Shown here: piece by piece, positions 31,827 through 42,098 of the stretch | Layout: every line of letters begins with the position of its first letter | Numbering within the stretch: the stretch's first letter is position 1 | Assembly (NCBI GenBank): GCA_963718665.1 | Contig: OY970359.1 | Location: 1,920,001 to 1,984,000, forward strand | Reading direction: 5' to 3' | Length of the DNA: 64,000 nt | Origin: an uncultured Phycisphaerales bacterium | GTDB taxonomy: Bacteria; Planctomycetota; Phycisphaerae; Sedimentisphaerales; Anaerobacaceae | Notes under the pieces: generated by a model | What the model was told of the DNA's origin: nothing | Database searches by the model: none | Seen by the model: only the letters and a program-made list of their open reading frames with translations | Program-made: the position numbers and the translations under genes

Positions 31827-32869
31827 TGCTCTGTAGAAAAGATTGAAGCATAAGGTTTAGTCATGGCGATAAGTGTTAATAATAACAATAACTTAGGTTT
31901 CAGCCATAAACCGCGTTGGAAAGGATTCCACGATGGCCAAACACGGAGTTATGACCAAATCACCTGTTATGCTGGCAAAGCAGGCACTTCAGACAGCCAC
32001 AACGGCACTCTCGCCATATTCAGCCAATCGCTCACGCCACGATTTTACACAGGCACAGTTGTTCGCCATTTTGACTCTGCGACAGTTTTTTCAAACCGAC
32101 TATCGTGGGATTGTACAGTTGCTGGCGGACTTCACGGACTTGAGAGCTGCGATTGGGTTGTCAAAAATTCCTCACTACACTACCCTTCAAAAAGCACAGC
32201 AACGTCTGCTAAAAAAAGGGCTTGGGACAAGCTGTTAGCCGCCATTTTCAGTATTGCCAGCCGCGATGGCTTAATCGAGGAACGCCCCGAGGCATCCATT
32301 GATTCGACGGGGCTGGAAAGCCGGTTTGTCAGCCGACATTTTCTAATGCGTCAAGGCAAACATACCCAGCAATATCGCCGATGGACAAAACTTACGGTTG
32401 TCTGCCACAATGCCAGCCATCTGATTGCTGCCGGCTTGGTCAGCACTGGTCCCAGCAATGATTGTTCCTACCTTATGCCGGCAGTTTCCCAGGCGGTAAC
32501 TAATCTGCCTATAGACCGGCTTTTGGGTGATGCAGGATATGACGCAGAAGCCAACCATAAATTCTGTCGTCAGTATCTCGGCATCCGCTCGACGATTATC
32601 GCTATCAACAACCGACGAGGTAAAAAAGGCGAGCTTACAGGCCATTACCGAAATCAAATGAAGAATAACTTCCCGAAACGTAAGTTTGGTCAGCGATGGC
32701 AAGTTGAGAGTGTTATGTCTCGCATGAAACGTCGTCTTGGCTACGCCCTTCGTAGCCGAACGAATGAATCTCGCAGTACCGAGTGCGTCATGAGAGTTCT
32801 GACCTACAACCTGATGCTTCTCTATTTACTTTTCATAAAGAACTTTTAATTAAAGGTTTCTACAAAGCA
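31827..32869 (+). mobile_element. IS5-like insertion sequence (1043 bp)
   Basis: TIRs TGCTCTGTAGAAA / TTTCTACAAAGCA; 9-bp target duplication ATATCAATT at 31818-31826 and 32870-32878. Confidence 0.9.
31933..32849 (+). CDS. DDE transposase in two ORFs joined by a -1 frameshift
   Basis: ORF-A 31933-32238 (IPHYTTL); ORF-B has IDSTG, GDAGYD and RWQVES...MKR; slippery A AAA AAA G at 32211-32218. Confidence 0.87.
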
Positions 32870-32884
32870 ATATCAATTCTGTAA

Positions 32885-32952
32885 AAAGTCAATAATGGAC
32901 ATCTATTGGACAACAAATGGCATATCTTCTATAGTCAAATATGCATTATGCT
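32885..32952 (+). promoter_or_regulatory. Putative AraC operator/promoter, copy 1
   Basis: AAAGTCAATAATGGACATCTATTGGACAACAAATGGCATAT...TATGCT; matches 38715 and 42981. Confidence 0.72.
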
Positions 32953-33017
32953 ATATGATGCCATGCCTTAAAGTAGAGCATCGCCTGTATGAAAAATATT
33001 TCGAGGAAAATAATACG

Positions 33018-33335
33018 ATGAAGGTTATAATTTTCATAATATCGTGGTTATTTATTTCATTAAATTTATCGATTCAAGCCGCCCCTATTAATGTCACTTA
33101 TACCATTAAAACCGATACGGGCCAAACTTTCATAAGCAAATATATTTACGGGTCCAACTGGGGCAACGGCACAAATTATACCATTCAAAGAACCGGCGGT
33201 AACCGATGCACCGCTTATAACTGGGAAAACAACTGGTCCAATGCTGGTTCTGACTGGCATTATGAAAACGACCAGTTTTTTGATCCAATTGAAATAGGGC
33301 TTGGCGGCGTCCACCAGGCATACATAGTTTTATAG
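33018..33335 (+). pseudogene. N-terminal fragment of a GH44-like glycoside hydrolase
   Basis: Signal peptide, ISKYIYGSN, R.GGNR.TAYNWENN.SNAGSDW; similarity ends near 33282. Confidence 0.75.
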
Positions 33336-33345
33336 GTAGGTGTTC

Positions 33346-33375
33346 GTTTAAGGTGATTTAGTTTAAGGTGATTTA
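33346..33375. repeat. Perfect 15-bp tandem duplication at the RBS
   Basis: GTTTAAGGTGATTTA x2. Confidence 0.85.
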
Positions 33376-33387
33376 GGAGGAAACATA

Positions 33388-36300
33388 ATGTCAAGGAAAA
33401 TTGTATTCATTTTAGCACTTCTATGTTTTTTGGCTATAAGCAATTCTGCTATAGCTGCCCAGGACAACTGGGTCGGGGCCACCTCGTCCGATTGGTTTGA
33501 CCCCACTAACTGGGGTAGTAATGTGGTGCCGACGATTGGCGATTGGGCGGCCATCCAACCAGGGTCGTTTGAGCCGATAATCAATGGCGATGCGGCCTGC
33601 AGTCCATTGGATATATCACCCTGGTGTTATGGAGGCACCGGCTCAGTCGATGTGAATTCAGGAACTTGTAACTTCGGATCCGCACTCAACTGCGCTACGT
33701 GGGGTGACTTTGACAGCAGCGTCTTAGGCCCGGGCATACTGTATGTACATGGCGGCACGGTAACTACGCAGTCCGATGGTTCTGCAGGTCTTGTTATCGG
33801 CAGTCAGTTTGGTACCACCACCGGCAGGGTAATTATGTACGGCGGACTCATCAGCGTCCCCGCAATCTCGCTGCAAAACGGCGATATTGCCCTGTATGGC
33901 GGAACTCTGGAGTGCATAGGAGACAGCAACTTTAATTTCTCCCTGGTCAGACCCCAAAACAAAATCGATATCAGCGGCGGCACACTGCAACTTGCAGGCA
34001 ACTATTTGATTACCAGTCCGAATCTTCCCGGTCTCATCGCGGGCAAGAGCATTGTGTCCACACGCGGCAACATCGGAATACCTGTATTTGACGGCACCAA
34101 TACAATATTAGTAAGTGACAGCGTCAACATGCTAAGGCCCTGGGGACCTTCGCCGGATATGAACTCGACGAACGTTCATTACAGAGTCGGCGATGTTAAT
34201 GTCGGCATTATGCTCAGTTGGAACAGTGGCAGCGAACCCAACGTCATAAACCATGACGTGTATTTCGGGACATCCACCGCGGACATTAGTGCCGCAACCA
34301 TAACATCACCACAATTCATGCACGAAGTAAATGAAGCCAATGCAGAACCGAACCAGTGGGATGTCAACAATTTCAACTTCAAAACTAATACTAACTACTA
34401 TTGGCGAGTTGATGATAATGCAATCACATCAAACATATACGACGGAAGCGGCAATATTATCGGCTCTAACACCACGCTTTATAAAGGCCTGGTCTGGAAA
34501 TTCACGAGCCATGACGGCAAGGCATACAATCCAAACCCGTATAACGGACGGAATGGCTTAACCGAACCGTTGGCATTAAGCTGGACGAAAGGCGACTTTG
34601 CAACCAGCCACATGGTATTTGTTGGCACGGACAGCGGGACGGTCTACAATGCCAGTAGCACCACTGCTAAAGTTTACAGAAGCACACAGACCGGCACCTC
34701 ATATTCACTTACGGGCTTAGCGACTAACTGGTACGGACCTTTAGTGCCGGGCACAACCTACTGGTGGAAGGTAACGGAAGTTAACAACACAACGAAATGG
34801 GGTTCAACCGGCCTCAGCGGCGTCACTGTACCTGTACTTTGGACCTTTACACCTACGGGGATTATCACCATCGATGACTTTGAAGATTACAACAGCACGG
34901 CTGATGTAAACGCCAACTGGACAATGGGTAATACCATCGCTTCTTGCTACGACTCAGCCTACGGCATGACATTCTCTAATGTAATCCCGAGTGGAACTTT
35001 GAGCTATGCACTCGATTCACTTGGAAAACATGGCAGTTACTACTATAACGCGCAACCATTCTCAGAGGTCTCACGCTTTTACAGCGGCGGCACGATATTC
35101 ACAGGCAACACCAACGTGCTTTCTACGCAGCCCAAGGCCTTAAGAGTAGATTATATCGGGGCCTCGCTTAACGCGGTCGATCCGACTTACAACGTAATGT
35201 ATGTAGCTATCGAAGATACGGCTGGCCATGTCGGCGTGTACCTCAATGACCCCAGCGCCCAACTGGCGACCGCCTGGCAACAATGGTATATCCCTCTCAC
35301 CGACCCCAACTTCACCACCAACGCATATCCGGGGTCTGTGAACATGGCAGCAGTGAGCGCTTTCCACCTCGGCTTTGGTCAGCGTTGTCTCTTCGCCAAC
35401 CCTGGGGGCAGCGCCGGCGACGGCAACGTGATGTTTGACAACATCCGGCTGTATGCCGCGACCTGCAACCCGGCTTTCGCTCCGGCGGCTGATCTGGACG
35501 GCGACTGCGACGTTGACATCAATGATTTGAGCGTCTTCGCGGAAGATTGGCTCCAGAAAGCAGAGTTACGCACCTTCGCTACTATTACGGCACCCGCAAC
35601 ACCGGTACTCTGGTATAAATTTGACGAGACCGGCACAACGACTTCAGTTGTTGATTCCGGCAAGACCGGTGGATATACCGGCACTGTCGTAAATCTTGCT
35701 ACGCAGGGATGGGACGCTACTGACGGCCGTAAAGACCATAATGACTGCCTGTATCTGCCATCGGGTGGAAACAGCTACGTGTCGTGTTCCACATCAGCGT
35801 TAAGCTTTATGGGTGATCCAAATCATGCTACTGATGGCGGCGGCATAACATTCGCAACCTGGATAAATGCAGATTTGACAAATCCTGCGTTTATAAATGG
35901 TTGGGTATACGGCTTTATCGTAGTAAAGGACGTCAACGGCAATGATACAGTGGAAATAGCTTGCCCGCATCACCACAACAACTCTGATTGGAGTGCTAAT
36001 AATGCTTGGGCTGGCTGGGCTAAGATCGCACCGAACGATGGTTTTAGTCTTGGACCAAGCATGCCACCGGCTAACTATGGCGGCCGCTGGAACCACTGGG
36101 CCTTTGTCAAGGCACCCCACACAGTGTCCTGGTACTGTAACGGCAATTTGATAAGTCAGGAAGCCGACACCGACGCGAATGCCGGTGACCCGAATATTTA
36201 CGGACCGTTGTTCCCACTGCCAGTATCTGCATTCACTATCGGCCTTGGAGGTTGGGGTGGAAACTGGGCAGGCAGAATCGCCGACTTCCAGGTTTATGAT

Positions 36301-36480
36301 TATGCTCTGTCAGCCGAGGAAGTAGCTTACCTGGCAACTGATGGTACTGGTACGTTATTAATACCGCTGACCAGCAAAGCCAATCTCAAGAGTTCCGGCA
36401 ATCCGGCAACGGAAATTGTCGACTTCCAGGACTTGGCTGTAATGGGTAATCAGTGGCACACAATCCAATTGTGGCCGTAA
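33388..36480 (+). CDS. Large secreted protein with FN3-like repeats, dockerin-like EF-hand and LamG/ConA-like domain
   Basis: Signal peptide; HDVYFGT..YYWRVD repeats; ADLDGDCDVDINDL; WNHWAFV..WYCNG, IADFQVYDYALS. Confidence 0.82.
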   Translation: MSRKIVFILALLCFLAISNSAIAAQDNWVGATSSDWFDPTNWGSNVVPTIGDWAAIQPGSFEPIINGDAACSPLDISPWCYGGTGSVDVNSGTCNFGSALNCATWGDFDSSVLGPGILYVHGGTVTTQSDGSAGLVIGSQFGTTTGRVIMYGGLISVPAISLQNGDIALYGGTLECIGDSNFNFSLVRPQNKIDISGGTLQLAGNYLITSPNLPGLIAGKSIVSTRGNIGIPVFDGTNTILVSDSVNMLRPWGPSPDMNSTNVHYRVGDVNVGIMLSWNSGSEPNVINHDVYFGTSTADISAATITSPQFMHEVNEANAEPNQWDVNNFNFKTNTNYYWRVDDNAITSNIYDGSGNIIGSNTTLYKGLVWKFTSHDGKAYNPNPYNGRNGLTEPLALSWTKGDFATSHMVFVGTDSGTVYNASSTTAKVYRSTQTGTSYSLTGLATNWYGPLVPGTTYWWKVTEVNNTTKWGSTGLSGVTVPVLWTFTPTGIITIDDFEDYNSTADVNANWTMGNTIASCYDSAYGMTFSNVIPSGTLSYALDSLGKHGSYYYNAQPFSEVSRFYSGGTIFTGNTNVLSTQPKALRVDYIGASLNAVDPTYNVMYVAIEDTAGHVGVYLNDPSAQLATAWQQWYIPLTDPNFTTNAYPGSVNMAAVSAFHLGFGQRCLFANPGGSAGDGNVMFDNIRLYAATCNPAFAPAADLDGDCDVDINDLSVFAEDWLQKAELRTFATITAPATPVLWYKFDETGTTTSVVDSGKTGGYTGTVVNLATQGWDATDGRKDHNDCLYLPSGGNSYVSCSTSALSFMGDPNHATDGGGITFATWINADLTNPAFINGWVYGFIVVKDVNGNDTVEIACPHHHNNSDWSANNAWAGWAKIAPNDGFSLGPSMPPANYGGRWNHWAFVKAPHTVSWYCNGNLISQEADTDANAGDPNIYGPLFPLPVSAFTIGLGGWGGNWAGRIADFQVYDYALSAEEVAYLATDGTGTLLIPLTSKANLKSSGNPATEIVDFQDLAVMGNQWHTIQLWP

Positions 36481-36514
36481 CAAACGCAACTTGTTAATTA
36501 GTTAGTACTTTCTT

Positions 36515-36559
36515 CGGGGCCTGCAACGCCGAGTTGCGGGGCAGGCCCCGCTTATTTTT
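36515..36559 (+). terminator. Intrinsic terminator
   Basis: CGGGGCCTGC/GCAGGCCCCG stem plus T-rich tail. Confidence 0.6.
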
Positions 36560-36876
36560 AGGTATGTGTAAATCTTCATTCTTTTGCTGAAGGCACCTTA
36601 TAAAAATGACGCCAAAGCTAAAATGACAGAATCGCGACCGTCTTCGAGTTCCTCACTCCGGCCTTATATGCCGAAAATGGTGGATGTTAAGCAAAAAAAT
36701 GGCGTTCTTTTTCGTGTCTGCTTCGCTCAAAATATAATGTGTTGTTACATAAAAAAACTGTTTACGTCTATAAAACGCAAAGGGATTGAGCTTTTCTCTA
36801 TGCGCTTTGTGTTTTCTGCCTGCTCTGCGTAGCCATTTGGCGAAACAGGGTGGCCAAAATGGAGCTAAGGATTATT

Positions 36877-37767
36877 ATGAGCAAACGCAATGGGCTTGTC
36901 CACCGCAGCTTGCTTGTGCTCCATAGCAATAACGAAGGAGGAAGCAAAGGTGGATTTACATTAGTTGAACTATTGGTTGTTATCTCCATCATCGCTCTGC
37001 TGATGGCAGTGTTGATGCCTGCGCTGGGCAAAGCGAGAGAACAGGCCAAAATGATCGCCTGCCTTGCAAATCTTAAACAATGGGGTATTATCGCCTATAC
37101 ATACGCTGAAGACAACAACGGCAATTTATGGAGTGGTTCCACCGTACCCGCCGATTATGGATTCTGGTGGCTGGCTCAACTCAGAGAAAAAGACCAGGAC
37201 TGGAAGAGCAACAAAATATGGTTTTGCCCGTCAGCTACGAAACCAATGTTCAATGAAAGCGGCGTATCCACGGGTGCAGTATCTCATTTTAGCGCTTGGG
37301 GTATTGAAACAAAAGCATCTCTTGACCCCACCCTAACCACAGCGCAACTGCCGTTGTTAGGCCAAAACGGAATATCAGGCAGTTATGGCATAAATGGCTA
37401 TGCCTTGAATATGACAACATGGAGCCAAAACTGGAAAACCATAAATGTAAAAGGCGGAGATGTTATCCCGCTTTTTCTGGAAGCTTTGAGATATGACGGA
37501 TGGCCCGTTGAAACAGACGCAGCCGCTCCCGACCCATATACAGCAGTATGGGGCACAGATAGTATGATGGCCAGATATGCAATTAACAGGCACAGAGGAT
37601 ACAACGATGCCGTTTTTATGGACGGCCATGCTAGGAAAGTGGGACTCAAGGAATTGTGGACTTTAAAGTGGAGCCAGACTTTCAATACCGCGGGACCGTG
37701 GACAAAAGCCGGCCATGTCCAGGATTCTTCCTGGCCGGACTGGATAAGAAGTTACCCGGATTATTGA
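36877..37767 (+). CDS. Prepilin-type N-terminal cleavage/methylation protein (DUF1559/H-X9-DG type)
   Basis: [32 protein letters not shown]. Confidence 0.9.
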   Translation: MSKRNGLVHRSLLVLHSNNEGGSKGGFTLVELLVVISIIALLMAVLMPALGKAREQAKMIACLANLKQWGIIAYTYAEDNNGNLWSGSTVPADYGFWWLAQLREKDQDWKSNKIWFCPSATKPMFNESGVSTGAVSHFSAWGIETKASLDPTLTTAQLPLLGQNGISGSYGINGYALNMTTWSQNWKTINVKGGDVIPLFLEALRYDGWPVETDAAAPDPYTAVWGTDSMMARYAINRHRGYNDAVFMDGHARKVGLKELWTLKWSQTFNTAGPWTKAGHVQDSSWPDWIRSYPDY

Positions 37768-37848
37768 AATACAATCCGCGTGACCCAATAAGCCTTTGCG
37801 TCTTGTATCTTCGTGGCAAACTTAGGATTATAGTGATTTAGGGTTATT

Positions 37849-38391
37849 ATGAGCAAACGCAACGGGCTTGTCCACCATGGCTTGCCTGTCCTCCATAGCA
37901 ATAGCGAAGGAGGAAGCGAAGGTGGATTTACATTAGTTGAACTATTAGTTGTTATCGCCATCATCGCTCTGCTGATGGCAGTGTTGATGCCCGTGCTGAG
38001 CCGAGCCAGAGAACAGGGAAAACGGGCTGCCTGTCTTTATTATCAGAGGCAATTGACCTCCGCATGGATGATGTACGCTGACGATAACGGCGACAAAATT
38101 GTCTGCGGCGACTCGGAAGAATACGGGGATGCGGATAATCCAGCACCACCACCAGCCAACGATGCTTATAATTCAGCCGGAGACCATTATAGAGACCATG
38201 GGTTAGGAGGAAGCCGTAAAACCATTCTTTTCGTAATTATCGCTTTAATCGCCTCGATTGGGCTCGCCGAATCTTCCGTCCGGCAGCCTGACTCAATGTT
38301 TAAATCTTTCGTATGTCCGCGAGTTTTCAATAACGCGACTCTTTTCAGGTTCTTTACACCCTTATTATATGCCAAAAATGGTGGATGTTAA
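37849..38391 (+). pseudogene. Truncated prepilin-type paralogue
   Basis: N-terminus nearly identical to 36877; family similarity lost after about 38190; no H-X9-DG. Confidence 0.72.
37866..37925 (+). repeat. Nested pair of 30-bp palindromic mini-elements in a prepilin leader (degenerate copy at 36894-36953)
   Basis: Inner GCCTGTCCTCCATAGCAATAGCGAAGGAGG (37884-37913) sits in the loop of outer GCTTGTCCACCATGGCTT^AAGCGAAGGTGG. Confidence 0.72.
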
Positions 38392-38714
38392 GCAAAAAAC
38401 GGCATTATTTTTTGAACGTAACTGGTGTATAATATGATATATTATCTCAAGTAATGATATAATCTTAGGACAACGCTTAAAAAAAATAATGTTTCGTCTC
38501 GACTCTTTTAATTATTTGGCGTCAGTAAAAGCTGAAGTCATCTTCTAATTCAAAGTTAAATCCGTCTCATTCTTGATGAAGACATATACCTGTGTCGTCC
38601 AAGGTCAAGAACCAACTCGTGCAAATCGGCCATTTCCGTGAGTTGACCGAGCACTTTTTTGCTCTCTTCAATGTCTATCCCCCTTGTTGGCTTGACCTTT
38701 ATGAAATCTTTGGC

Positions 38715-38781
38715 AAAGTCAATAATAGACATCTATTGGGCAACAAATGGCATATCTTCTATAGTCAAATTGTGTTATACT
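38715..38781 (+). promoter_or_regulatory. Putative AraC operator/promoter, copy 2
   Basis: Near-identical to 32885; -10 TATACT at 38776-38781. Confidence 0.72.
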
Positions 38782-38842
38782 ATATAATACTATGACATTC
38801 ACATGTGTCTTTCGGGTGGGCTAGTTTTTTGGAGTTTTGGTG

Positions 38843-41455
38843 ATGAAGTCGAAGATAAGATTTATTGCGATTAACATTTTTGTGGTTTTTTGTTCGGCCC
38901 TGCCGGTATATGCCGCTGATTTGACGGTCAGTGTTGATGCCTCATCGTATATCCGGGCTATTCCGGAGACGATGTATGGAACAAACATGCAATGCTGGGA
39001 CGGCGCTCAAAACGGCGGAAATGACAATGTCAATACGCTGATAGCGGCGGCGGGCAATAGATACGTGCGCTGGCCAGGTGGCTCCTGGGGAGACGGGGAC
39101 CTTTGGAGCGATATGGAAGGCCCGAATTATTCAAACACATGGATAGTTAGCTATGGCCAATCGATGTATAGAATGAATAAGTTTGACTCCATTATGCAGC
39201 CGATAGTTAATTTCTCGGGTATCTGGAGTGACTCTACAGGGACTGACGTTAACCATTGGGAAGCCGGCGCAATCAGTGCCGCGGCCGCCTGGGTCACTGA
39301 CCAAAGTTCAAGAACCAATTGCGCCCGTTACTGGGAAATCGGCAATGAGCAGGGAGGCCCATGGGAATATGGATATTTTCCGCAAATCAGCGGAACATAT
39401 TACGGCAGCAGATACACTCATATGTATAACGCGATGAAGGCGATTAATCCGCGAATCAAACTTGGAGCAGACTGCGACCCCTGCGACACACCACAACCAT
39501 GGGGGTGGTATGTAGGAATATGGACACGTGATATGTTAAACATAATGGAGGCAAATGGCATTCAGCCTGATTTTCTCATTATCCATTCATATCCAGGCGA
39601 TACCAGCAATACGACATTATTAGGCCCCGATGTTGTGTATATTTCCGATGTTACAAACACTTTGAATAATACAATTTCGACTTCAATAGGCCCTCAATAT
39701 GTAGGCAAAATAAAATACTGGATGACGGAATGGGACGCCGGAAGCCCAAGCACTTATAATAGAGATATGTCTTATGTAAGCGCGTTATTCAAAGCACAGT
39801 ATATTCTGGAGATGTGCAAATACGGCTGGGAAGGTTCCAATCCATGGAGCCAGTATCAGTATCATTATAATGAAACTGGTTATCAGAATTTTCAACCGTA
39901 TCCGAAATGGTATATCTCTCCTATGCTGAGTTATTATTTCGGCAGGGACATGGTGACAGCTACATCCAGCGATTATTATGTCAGGGCATACGCAAGCAGA
40001 GATGACGCTAATAATCTGACTATTGTTATGGCAAATAATTATCCGAGCACCGACAGAACGGTGCATATTAACATATCCGGTTTCGGTGCAGGAACGACAG
40101 GCGGACAATGGCTAATTCAACCCGCAGGTTCAATGATTCCAGGTGGAGTAAATATCCAGGATTATAACGACCTGATGATAAATGGAGTGGTGAATCCAAG
40201 TCCGTCAACCGTGCCGTCATTAAGCAGCGTCGCTGTCACTACAGGTGATTCATTTGATATCAGTTTGCCGAGAAGCAGTATGCTAATTATTAAAATTCCG
40301 CCAGCTAACCAGACACAGCAATTGCCGTATGGCGGGACTGCATGGCCTATTCCGGGGACAATTGAGGCGGAAAATTATGACACAGGGGGCAAATTTGTTG
40401 CCTATTACGATACAACTGTGGGGAACAGCGGTGGTCAATACCGTTCGGATGATGTGGACATCGAGACGTGCAGCGATGGCGGTTATGATGTTACCGGTAT
40501 CAAGACCGGCGAGTGGCTGAAATATTCCGTCAATGTAAATTCCAGCGGCTTATATCAAATTGCAGCCTGGGTCGCTTCGGTGGATTCCAACCAGCAATTC
40601 AGAATCGAATTCGACGGCAAAGATGAGACAGGCCCTGTGCTTTTCGCTTCGACAGGCGGGGCACAGATATTCAGCAGTGTCGATGTTAACGTATTTCTTA
40701 AAAAAGGCCCGCATACTATGCGGCTGTTGATGGACACGAATGACTGGAGCATCGATAAGCTCACATTTACGAAATTCGGCAATGGCACCGGCCTGGCTCT
40801 TCGCGAGGTTTGGTTAAACATATCAGGCGGAGCAGTCAGCAATCTGACATCAAATGTGAATTACCCATGGGATCCTAACAGCAGATTTTTGGAGCATAGT
40901 TTTGAGGGGCCTACAAACTGGACGACGGGCAGCTCCAATTCAAATTTGGACAATTACGGGACACACATACGGGGATATCTCAATCCCATAACCACCGGCA
41001 GTTACACATTCTGGATTGCTGCCGATGATGCTGCGGAATTGTGGTTGAGCACGGATACCGACCCGAATCACAAAAGCAAAATTGCCTATACAACGAGCTG
41101 GACAAATGATTACCGGTGGAATGAGTACTCGTCGCAGCAATCATCGCCGATTTCGCTTGTCGCCGGCCGAAGCTACTATATCGAAGCATTGCACAAGGAA
41201 AATACCGGTGGTGACAATATCGCGGTTGCCTGGCAGGGGCCGGGTATAATACAACAGGCCATCTCAGGTGCTTATTTGACTCCGTATGTTATTGATTTTG
41301 TGGATTTTGGTAATTTTGCGACCCAGTGGTTGAAAACCGGCTGCACCTCAGCCAACGGCTGGTGCAGCGGCGCAGATTTGGACCATGACGGCAACGTCCA
41401 GCTCGATGACCTTATGCAGTTTGTCGCGAACTGGTGGCTTTACGGCGGCGAGTAA
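38843..41455 (+). CDS. Secreted multidomain clan GH-A hydrolase (GH51/GH44-like) with CBM6-like, PA14 and dockerin-like domains
   Basis: RWPGGS, YWEIGNE, IHSY, MTEW; IEAENYDTGG; YTFWIAADD..ELWLS; DFVDF..FA.QWL. Confidence 0.82.
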   Translation: MKSKIRFIAINIFVVFCSALPVYAADLTVSVDASSYIRAIPETMYGTNMQCWDGAQNGGNDNVNTLIAAAGNRYVRWPGGSWGDGDLWSDMEGPNYSNTWIVSYGQSMYRMNKFDSIMQPIVNFSGIWSDSTGTDVNHWEAGAISAAAAWVTDQSSRTNCARYWEIGNEQGGPWEYGYFPQISGTYYGSRYTHMYNAMKAINPRIKLGADCDPCDTPQPWGWYVGIWTRDMLNIMEANGIQPDFLIIHSYPGDTSNTTLLGPDVVYISDVTNTLNNTISTSIGPQYVGKIKYWMTEWDAGSPSTYNRDMSYVSALFKAQYILEMCKYGWEGSNPWSQYQYHYNETGYQNFQPYPKWYISPMLSYYFGRDMVTATSSDYYVRAYASRDDANNLTIVMANNYPSTDRTVHINISGFGAGTTGGQWLIQPAGSMIPGGVNIQDYNDLMINGVVNPSPSTVPSLSSVAVTTGDSFDISLPRSSMLIIKIPPANQTQQLPYGGTAWPIPGTIEAENYDTGGKFVAYYDTTVGNSGGQYRSDDVDIETCSDGGYDVTGIKTGEWLKYSVNVNSSGLYQIAAWVASVDSNQQFRIEFDGKDETGPVLFASTGGAQIFSSVDVNVFLKKGPHTMRLLMDTNDWSIDKLTFTKFGNGTGLALREVWLNISGGAVSNLTSNVNYPWDPNSRFLEHSFEGPTNWTTGSSNSNLDNYGTHIRGYLNPITTGSYTFWIAADDAAELWLSTDTDPNHKSKIAYTTSWTNDYRWNEYSSQQSSPISLVAGRSYYIEALHKENTGGDNIAVAWQGPGIIQQAISGAYLTPYVIDFVDFGNFATQWLKTGCTSANGWCSGADLDHDGNVQLDDLMQFVANWWLYGGE

Positions 41456-41480
41456 GCAAAGATAAGTTGATTGCAAATAT

Positions 41481-41512
41481 AGGGGCCACAAATTATTTTG
41501 TGGTCCTTTTTT
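41481..41512 (+). terminator. Intrinsic terminator
   Basis: GGGCCACAAA/TTTGTGGTCC stem plus T-run. Confidence 0.7.
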
Positions 41513-41606
41513 ATTTTGGCGATTATTCGTGGCGGAGGGATTCGATCTGATTCAGTTCTTTTTCGTTGTAGTAGTAGTTATATATCTCGTCTCGTGTGGA
41601 TTTGCT

Positions 41607-42002
41607 ATAATAGTTATAAACAAAAATATGGATAATGCCATAAACGGGACATTTAATATAACAAGCTCACATAGTTTCTCTTCAGGAAGAGTATTCACGT
41701 TCGATGCCAACAGTTCCAATATCAGCGAAATTACACCGATAAGTAATATTACAGGCAATTCATTTACTTATACTATTCCCAAAACGACTGTTTGTCATAT
41801 TGTGCTGGATGGCCACTGTCAGTTAAATTATGACCTTACAGGAGATTGCCGAGTTGATATGCTGGACCTCGTTATATTAGTAAATCAGTGGCTTGGAGGC
41901 GACTGTTCGGCTGATCCCCATTGTGCTGATTTCAATGGCGATTTGAATGTTGATTTTACTGATTTTGCATTATTCAGTCAGGAATGGCGGATTAATGAAT
42001 AA
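41607..42002 (+). pseudogene. Orphan C-terminal fragment of a secreted hydrolase (beta-sandwich plus dockerin-like tail)
   Basis: IIVINKN...FTYTIP..TVCHIVL, DLTGDCRVD, DFNGDLNVDFTDF; no plausible start or signal peptide. Confidence 0.7.
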
Positions 42003-42022
42003 TTAAGTTTAATGGCAAAAAT

Positions 42023-42061
42023 AAAAGCGTCTGCTTCGATAACGGGGCGGACGCTTTTTTT
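42023..42061. terminator. Bidirectional terminator between convergent genes
   Basis: AAAAGCGTCTGCTTCG/CGGGGCGGACGCTTTT. Confidence 0.75.
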
Positions 42062-42098
42062 ACTGCTTAAGATTTTAAATTTGCAACCTCCATATTTT

